A stretch of DNA of 64,000 nt, from NCBI GenBank assembly GCA_964019335.1, contig OZ025688.1:1-64000 (forward strand), read 5' to 3'. This stretch comes from Diplonema japonicum. Its lineage: Eukaryota; Protista; Euglenozoa: Diplonemea. This document shows positions 57,439 through 64,000 of the stretch, in pieces. The number at the start of each line of letters is the position of its first letter. Position 1 is the first letter of the stretch. The notes under the pieces are model-generated. The model was not told where the DNA came from. It did no database searches and saw only the letters and a list, made by a program, of their open reading frames with translations. Made by a program: the position numbers and the translations under genes.

Positions 57439-59478
57439 GAAAAGAAAAGAAAAGAAAAGAAAGCAGATTTATAATGGTATGGCTTACAAAGTGCTTCAAA
57501 AAAGAATATGTTCTTCTTTTTTTTTAAATGGGCCGTTGCTAACCACTTCGTTCCCATCATAGTGATTTCTTTTTTATTTTTTATTTTGGCTTCAGTCTCA
57601 TAGGTATTTGTGCTTCTAAAAAGAGGGGGTTTTTTTTTTTAATTTTTTTTTTTTTTACCGGTACACACCCGCACACCGAAATTTATCAAATTTATATTTC
57701 TTTTACTGTTTATGCAAAAGCAAGTTCAGCAGGAGAGTGGGATGCTGATGATGTTGCTTTTTTCCTCCCCTCCTTTTCCCCTCCACGAATCCCCTCCCAA
57801 CACTTGCTTTCTCTTTTGATGTGACCAGGCTTGTTCTGTCACCTCATCTTTATTTCATTTGGGCAACAACTAGAAACGAAGAGAATCGAACAGAAATAAT
57901 GAAATTAATAGAACTTCGTTTCTTTATTTTTTTCTCCCCCCCCTCTCTTTTGATATTATTATTAAATTATAGTTGACTACCCTCTCCCCCCCCCCCCCCC
58001 CCCTCAATTCTCTCCCCCTCTGTCTATGAGTAAGGAAAAAATTCCTATTTCATTGTCTACTCCCTTCCCCGGAATATTATCAAGCAGGGGGGGGGGGGGG
58101 GGAAAGGTTGGGGGAATTTGCGAGCGAACCTCATGACAAACGTAATTATACTTTTTGTTTCCTTTTTTTTTGTTATACTTCAAGCACGATTGACAGTAGT
58201 ATATCTAAACCCCCCCCTCCCCCCTCAACCTGCATATTGTGCAGACCAAAATTTTCCCTTCGTAAAATCTTGTCTGACGAATCTGAACGAAAAGAAGAGA
58301 AAGGTCCAGCTGGGGGGGGGGGGGGGGAGAGCGCGCACAACTGCCATCCTTGCCAAGACAACCAACGGAGGAGTAAAAAAGAATGTACTCGACGTTAGTG
58401 AGACGGTTCTTCACTAGTTGGGGACATTTCCTTAATTTTATTTTATTTACACACCTTTAGACTGAGACGGTTTGTTGTTTATACTTTCTCTGAAAGGTTA
58501 ACTGTTGCACCAGGATGTGCGTGCTCTGAGATTTAAGAAAAACCCCACAAAAAAAAGAACCACCTAAAAAAAGAAATCCCTCCATTCTTTCGTTTTCCTC
58601 AGTGTTCCTCTTCCAAGGATCGGCGGCGAAAGTGGTGCCACTTTCAGGCCCCTAAATATATTTCTCTCTCTTTTTTTTTTTTTTTTTTTTTAGATAGGCC
58701 GTTGCTAGCAACTTCTCCTATCATAGTGAACTTTTCTTTCCCCCCCCCCCCCCCATCTCTCCTCCACCACCATCACTACCATGTGTTCACAGTGGTGTGC
58801 CATGTACTTATGGCTCACCACCAGGATTGGCCAAACTGAGCGTCCCTCTGGGGTTGTTAGGCAGTAGCCAATCTTCCTTCACACTAGTTCCCTTAAAGAA
58901 GAACCCCCCCCCCCCCCCCCCAGAAGCATTATTCTCCATGTTGGGTCTTCAGGCAACCACCCGAAGGTCTCAGGAGCCGTTATCATGTTGCACTGTCTCT
59001 CCCTTCCCCCTTCCCACCGGCCTTGTGTTTTGTTATACGTGTTGTACGCTCCCCGCCCCCTTATTCACATCCACAGCAAGGCGGTTGTCTTCGCTGTTCC
59101 GCTAGCGTCTAGGCCGTCTAGGTCAAAACCGCTCAGCGTGTCATAATGTCTCCCTCTGTCTTTTTTTTTTTTTTTTTTTCTTTGGTCTCTGTATCTATCC
59201 ATCTTTTTTTTACGTTTCGTTCTGTTGGCTGCCCTCCTTTAGTCAAGCAATCACCGTTTAGATTGTGGCATGTGGCGCGTTCTGCAAAAGAGAGCGACCC
59301 TCGGTGTCCACATTGCCACACCAAAGCCATGCCTTTAACCTTCTTAATGCTTGCTGGGGTGGGGTTGGAGGGCGCTATTTCACGTCAATGGTTCCTTGGC
59401 GACTGAGTTTATAAGCTAATATTGATTTTTTAATTGTTACCATTACCACGTACTCCACGCACTGCAGTGATTGACAAG

Positions 59479-60342
59479 ATGAGGGTGCTCGGGTTCATGT
59501 TAACGTTGCTGTCGGCTGCGGTCAGCGTGGAAGGCATTGACGGACGGACGGTGCTGCTGTGGGTGTTCAGGCACGACAACAACACACAGGAGTGGCAGGA
59601 GATGGTGAACCAGATCTCGGCCCACAAGGAAAACATCACCCACATATCCATGTGCACGCACAGAATCCTACAGAACGGGACCTTCGGGTTCCAGTCCGGC
59701 AACGGCATCGAGACAGGAAAGGTGATGGCACACTGGGCCGACATCATCGCGCAGCAGGGCTTCGTGATGACCCCCCTTATCGACGCCACGTCCCCTTGGC
59801 AGGACATGAACACCTTCATGGGCGACGACCAGAAGGTCGAGAAGTTCATCTCCGATGCGGTGGCGATGGCCAAGAGCAGTGGCTACAAAGGGTACAACAT
59901 GGACCTGGAGTACAACGGTGCTTCTGAGCAGTTTGGCGAGCGCTACACAGCATTCCTCAACAAGTTTGCCACTGCGCTGCACCAACACAACATGACGCTC
60001 ACCGACGCCATCTCCGGCTACTGCCCGCCATGGTTCAATGGTGAAACGTGCAAAGAGCTCGCGACCTCTAATGTCGACAAGTTCTTCACAATGAACACCT
60101 ACCAGGAGGGGCTTGTTAAGTTCGAAGACTACGTCGCAACCAGCGCCAAGACCTTCGGTGCCAAGAACGCCGTTGGGATGGACAACACGCAGGATCCTGT
60201 CAACCTGCACTCCCAGACGGCCATGAACTTCGCCGTCAACAAGGGTGTCAAGGACCTCGCGTTGTGGGTGCTTGCCGGTCCCTACAGCGCCGGCACTACA
60301 GTCTGGGCGGACCTCGGATACTTCCTGCACTATGCCCATTAA
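59479..60342 (+). CDS. Secreted GH18 glycoside hydrolase, paralog 1
   Basis: Signal peptide MRVLGFMLTLLSAAVSVEG; catalytic-type GYNMDLE; FFTMNTY; LALW. Confidence 0.8.
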   Translation: MRVLGFMLTLLSAAVSVEGIDGRTVLLWVFRHDNNTQEWQEMVNQISAHKENITHISMCTHRILQNGTFGFQSGNGIETGKVMAHWADIIAQQGFVMTPLIDATSPWQDMNTFMGDDQKVEKFISDAVAMAKSSGYKGYNMDLEYNGASEQFGERYTAFLNKFATALHQHNMTLTDAISGYCPPWFNGETCKELATSNVDKFFTMNTYQEGLVKFEDYVATSAKTFGAKNAVGMDNTQDPVNLHSQTAMNFAVNKGVKDLALWVLAGPYSAGTTVWADLGYFLHYAH

Positions 60343-60428
60343 GCTTCCGTCGCCATTTGTGATTAACGTCAGTGTGCTGTGCTCTGCTTGTTGTTGTGTA
60401 GTGTGGGCAAGTTTCTCAGGTGATACAA

Positions 60429-61295
60429 ATGAAAATGCTGGCCGAAATTTTGTTGCTGCTATGTGCAGCAACAAGCGTCGAAGGCATTGACGGGCGGACG
60501 GTGCTGCTGTGGGTGTTCAGGCACGACAACAACACACAGGAGTGGCAGGAGATGGTAAACCAGATCTCGGCCCACAAGGAAAACCTCACCCACATATCCA
60601 TGTGCACGCATAGGATTCAGAACAACGGGACCTTCGGGTTCCAGTCTGCCAACGGGGTGCCTTACGGGCTTGCCATGGAGCACTGGGGGCAGGTTATCGC
60701 GCAGCAGGGCTTCGTGATGACCCCCCTCATCGACGTGGACTACAAGTCGTGGCAAGACATCTACCAGTTCATGGGCGATGACCAAAAGGTCGAGAAGTTC
60801 ATCTCCGATGCGATCGCGAAGGCGAAGCAGAACGGGTACCAGGGGTACAACATGGACATCGAGTTCAACGACACGCCAAGCTCCTTCGGCGTGAGGTACA
60901 CAGCGTTCCTTAACAAGTTCGCAGATGCGCTGCACCAGCACAACATGACGCTCACAGACGCCATCGCGGGGTACTGCCCGCCATGGTTCGATGGCGAGAC
61001 GTGTGCCATGCTCGCCTCGTCGCACTTGGACAAGCTCTTCACGATGAACACCTACCAGGAGGGGGCTGACAAGTTCGAGGAATACATCAAAGCGAGCGCC
61101 AAGACCTTCGGTGCCAAGAACGCCATCGGGATGTCAAACTCGCAGGATCCTGTCAACCTGCACTCACAGGCGGCCATGAACTTCGCTGTGCAGAACAACG
61201 TGAAGGACCTCGCGCTGTGGGTGCTTGCCGGCCCCTATGCTGCCGACACTACGATTTGGGCGGATCTCGGCTACTTCCTGCACTATGCCCATTAA
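60429..61295 (+). CDS. Secreted GH18 glycoside hydrolase, paralog 2
   Basis: Signal peptide; GYNMDIE; highly similar to the upstream copy. Confidence 0.8.
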   Translation: MKMLAEILLLLCAATSVEGIDGRTVLLWVFRHDNNTQEWQEMVNQISAHKENLTHISMCTHRIQNNGTFGFQSANGVPYGLAMEHWGQVIAQQGFVMTPLIDVDYKSWQDIYQFMGDDQKVEKFISDAIAKAKQNGYQGYNMDIEFNDTPSSFGVRYTAFLNKFADALHQHNMTLTDAIAGYCPPWFDGETCAMLASSHLDKLFTMNTYQEGADKFEEYIKASAKTFGAKNAIGMSNSQDPVNLHSQAAMNFAVQNNVKDLALWVLAGPYAADTTIWADLGYFLHYAH

Positions 61296-61483
61296 CAAGT
61301 GTGTTTGTCAACTGTTTCGTGTGTGCTAACGCCAACGTTTTCTTTTTCAATTTCTTTCCATCCACAACCGTAGAGTTATCGAGATCTTAATTGTCTTCAT
61401 GTCACTTGTGGCTTTGGTTTTTTTATTTCCGTAATAAGTTTTGTACTTCCACCCAACACATCGGCACAGACAGGGTTATCAAG

Positions 61484-62712
61484 ATGCCTGGAAAGAAAGC
61501 AAAAGTGGAGGAGAAGCCCAAGACCATGCTCTTGGGGCGTCCCGGGACCAGCTTGAAGATCGGTGTTGTGGGTCTCCCGAACGTGGGGAAAAGTACCTTC
61601 TTCAACGCGGTGACGAAGAGCGCGATCCCTGCGGAGAACTTCCCGTTCTGCACGATCGATCCCAACATCGCGAAGGTGGAGGTGCCCGATGAGAGGTTCG
61701 AAGAGCTGGTAAAGTTCTGGAAGCCGCCCAGCATAGTGAGGGCGGACCTTACAGTGTGTGACATTGCGGGGCTTGTGAAGGGTGCCAGCGAGGGTGAGGG
61801 TCTGGGGAACGCCTTCTTGTCGCACATCAGCGCGTGTGACGCCATCTTCCACATGGTGAGGTGCTTCGACGACCCGGAGATCGTGCACGTGGAGGAGACC
61901 GTCGACCCTATCAGGGACATCGAGATGATCAACCACGAACTGGTGCTCAAGGATCTTGAGAAGGTCACCCAGATCTACGACAAGACGAAGGTTCTTGTGG
62001 AGCGTGGCATTGACAAAACCAAGAAGGCTGAACTGGAGTACCTTACCAAGTTCAAGGAGGCTCTTGAGGCGGGTAAGATGATCCGTGCCGTGCAGTGGTC
62101 GAACAAGGAGGTGGAATGCCTGAACGGGCTCCTTCTGCTCACCGCCAAGCGACAGGTGTTCCTGTGCAACATGTCCAAGAGGGACTACCTCAGACAGAAG
62201 AACAAGTACCTGCCCAAGGTGAAGGCTTGGTTGGACGAGAACACCGGGGAACTTATGATCCCGTTCTCCGCAGAGTTTGAGTTGGAATGTGTGGGGATGG
62301 AGAAAGATGAGCTGGAGAAGTACCTGGAGGAGAGCAAGACGAAGAGCATGATGAACAAGATCGTGAAGACGGGTTTCTCTGCATTGAACCTGCAGTACTT
62401 CTTCACCACCGGGGCTGACGAGGTGAGGGCGTGGACCGTGGCGAAGGAGACAAAGGCGCCAGCATGCGGTGGGAGAATCCACACTGACTTCGAGAAGGGT
62501 TTCATCTGTGCTGAAGTCATGAACTTCGTCGACTGGAAGGAGCACGGGTCGGAGGCAGCATGCAAGTATGGATCAAAAAAAAAAAAAAGAAAAAAAAAAA
62601 AACTTACAGGGCCGTTGGGAAGTACCGTCAGCAGGGCAGGGAGTACGTTGTTCAGGACGGTGATATCATCCTCTTCAAGGTGAACGCTGGGGCTGGTCTT
62701 AAGAAGAAATAG
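61484..62712 (+). CDS. OLA1: Obg-like ATPase OLA1/YchF
   Basis: [52 protein letters not shown]; intron 62566-62609 restores [18 protein letters not shown]. Confidence 0.97.
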
Positions 62713-63147
62713 GTTGAGAGAAACGAAAGAATTACCCCCTTTTTATTTGCATCAAATTACTTTTTGTCGCTTTTTTCTTCTTCTATTCTCCACTTTTTTT
62801 TTCCACTTCTTCTTTCTCTGCTCTTTTCCTTCCGTCATCTTCCCTCTTGTGGTTTGGAGCAGGGAAATTGAGGAGGGAGAAAAGAAAAAGGATTAAAAAT
62901 TGGATAGGTAAGTGCCCCCCCCCACCTTTCCCCCTCCGTCTGCCTTTCATTCTTTGTGGTTTTTTATGACCCCTTTTAGTGTGTCTCGTGCCCACCCCCC
63001 CTTTTTTTCCACTGTCCCCAACCCTTATCCCCCCCTTTCATACGTCATATGTCTTTTTTTATTATTATTTTGAAGCCCTGTTAGAAAAAAAATAATAAAA
63101 AAGGTACGCTGGCAAAAAAAAAGAAAAAAAAAGAGAAAAAAAACCAA

Positions 63148-63678
63148 ATGCAAAATGTTATTGAAGCCTCGGAGATGAAACAAGAGAAGAAAATACTGTC
63201 TGACAAGATCAGCAGGCTGGCAGAAGAGGTGGTGTTGTTGGGTGGGATCAACGACGAGAAGCGGCAGGAGGCGGAAAGCCTGTACGACCAGTGGTGCGGT
63301 GTTCAAGTGAAAACCGCAGAGTTACTACTGCACATTCTAGAAGTAGCCTCGGGGAAGCCTGATGGTGTGCATTGTTTGCACGCAGTGATCGATGTGCTGA
63401 AAAGAGACGAGCAGCGTCTTCAACAGGACCTCGCACGGCTAGGCTCCGTGCACGACAGGGAGGATGCGAATTTCAAAACAAAACGAAAAGAGCTCGAGAT
63501 TGAGAAGGCCACCGCTGAAGACCTCCTCTTGCAGCACCAAGCAGCCACCGAGGACGCAGCTAGCAGACGTGATGAGCACCTCAGACGCATCCAAACCCAC
63601 CGCATGGAACTAGCCACCGCACACGACACCTTCAAGGACGACGTGCTGTCCTATGCACGGTCCATATTCCTCGTTTAG
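63148..63678 (+). CDS. Small coiled-coil hypothetical protein
   Basis: 176-aa helical ORF co-oriented with neighbours. Confidence 0.65.
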   Translation: MQNVIEASEMKQEKKILSDKISRLAEEVVLLGGINDEKRQEAESLYDQWCGVQVKTAELLLHILEVASGKPDGVHCLHAVIDVLKRDEQRLQQDLARLGSVHDREDANFKTKRKELEIEKATAEDLLLQHQAATEDAASRRDEHLRRIQTHRMELATAHDTFKDDVLSYARSIFLV

Positions 63679-63762
63679 TAGTTATGATAGATATACACTT
63701 TAGATTCCCTTCATTTATGCTTTTTTTTTTCATTTTCCTCCCGCACTTAATGTACGCAAAGG

Positions 63763-64000
63763 ATGGGGTTTTGGGGTAAGAAAAAGCAGGAGGAAGAACC
63801 TACCTCAGGTCCCTCGGAGCTGCCCTTGCTGGATGGCATCGGCAATGAGGAGGACGGCGACGGGGAGGAGATGCAGATCGCGATCGAGCCCGATGAGGGT
63901 GAGGTTCCCGACGATGCGCTGCATCAATGTGCCCCGCACATGCACCGCTTCGACGGGGAGCACACGCTGTGGGAGAGCAGCACGGAGTTTAGCGCACTGT
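63763..64000 (+). CDS. 5' part of a hypothetical protein (truncated by window end)
   Basis: Pyrimidine tract + AG, then ATG GGG TTT TGG.. open to the window end (MGFWGKKKQEEEP...). Confidence 0.7.
   Translation, partial: MGFWGKKKQEEEPTSGPSELPLLDGIGNEEDGDGEEMQIAIEPDEGEVPDDALHQCAPHMHRFDGEHTLWESSTEFSAL

Noticed and set aside
59668-62545. Long antisense ORFs over the GH18 genes and OLA1
   Set aside because: Expected shadows of GC3-rich codon usage on the coding strand.
1-64000. CRISPR array or prokaryotic defence system
   Set aside because: No repeat-spacer structure or cas-like ORFs; the sequence is eukaryotic with spliceosomal introns.
12994-64000. Alternative genetic code or stop readthrough to explain broken ORFs
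   Set aside because: All breaks are resolved by GT-AG mini-introns; TAA, TAG and TGA all terminate conserved proteins.

Overview
Eukaryotic (protist) genomic DNA that looks like a chromosome or contig end. The organisation is euglenozoan-like and most consistent with a diplonemid-type genome (inference, not proven). Positions 1-519 hold 60 copies of a telomere-like GGG(G)TTT(T)GC repeat in three homogeneous blocks, with the G-rich strand in the opposite orientation to a normal left-end telomere. The repeat is fused directly to a minus-strand CRE-clade non-LTR retrotransposon (zinc fingers, OTU protease, RT, restriction-like endonuclease). Its RT has lost the catalytic DD by an in-frame deletion. 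From about 5.3 to 12.9 kb lies CpG-eroded subtelomere-like sequence: decayed ORFs, a dispersed repeat, small satellites, an I/ingi-type LINE relic and a tRNA-Asp-like Pol III unit. From 12,994 to the window end, all 22 credible host genes lie on the + strand, often only 55-125 nt apart and preceded by pyrimidine tract + AG sites (polycistronic/trans-splicing-like). Reading by hand gives 25 GT-AG cis introns; 24 are 30-44 nt, A/C-rich and lack a polypyrimidine tract. Genes include a cold-shock protein, RPL17, NECAP, capping protein alpha, two nucleotide-sugar/TPT transporters, reticulon, RPS18, a villin-headpiece protein, a class III aminotransferase, a MORN/coiled-coil protein, a DUF3431-like protein, a SAP/zinc-finger protein, an EF-hand protein, a 3474-aa repeat protein with a near-perfect 1014-bp internal duplication, a DUF1769+SH3 protein, two tandem GH18 paralogs and OLA1. 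All domain calls are from motif recognition by eye; no searches were run.
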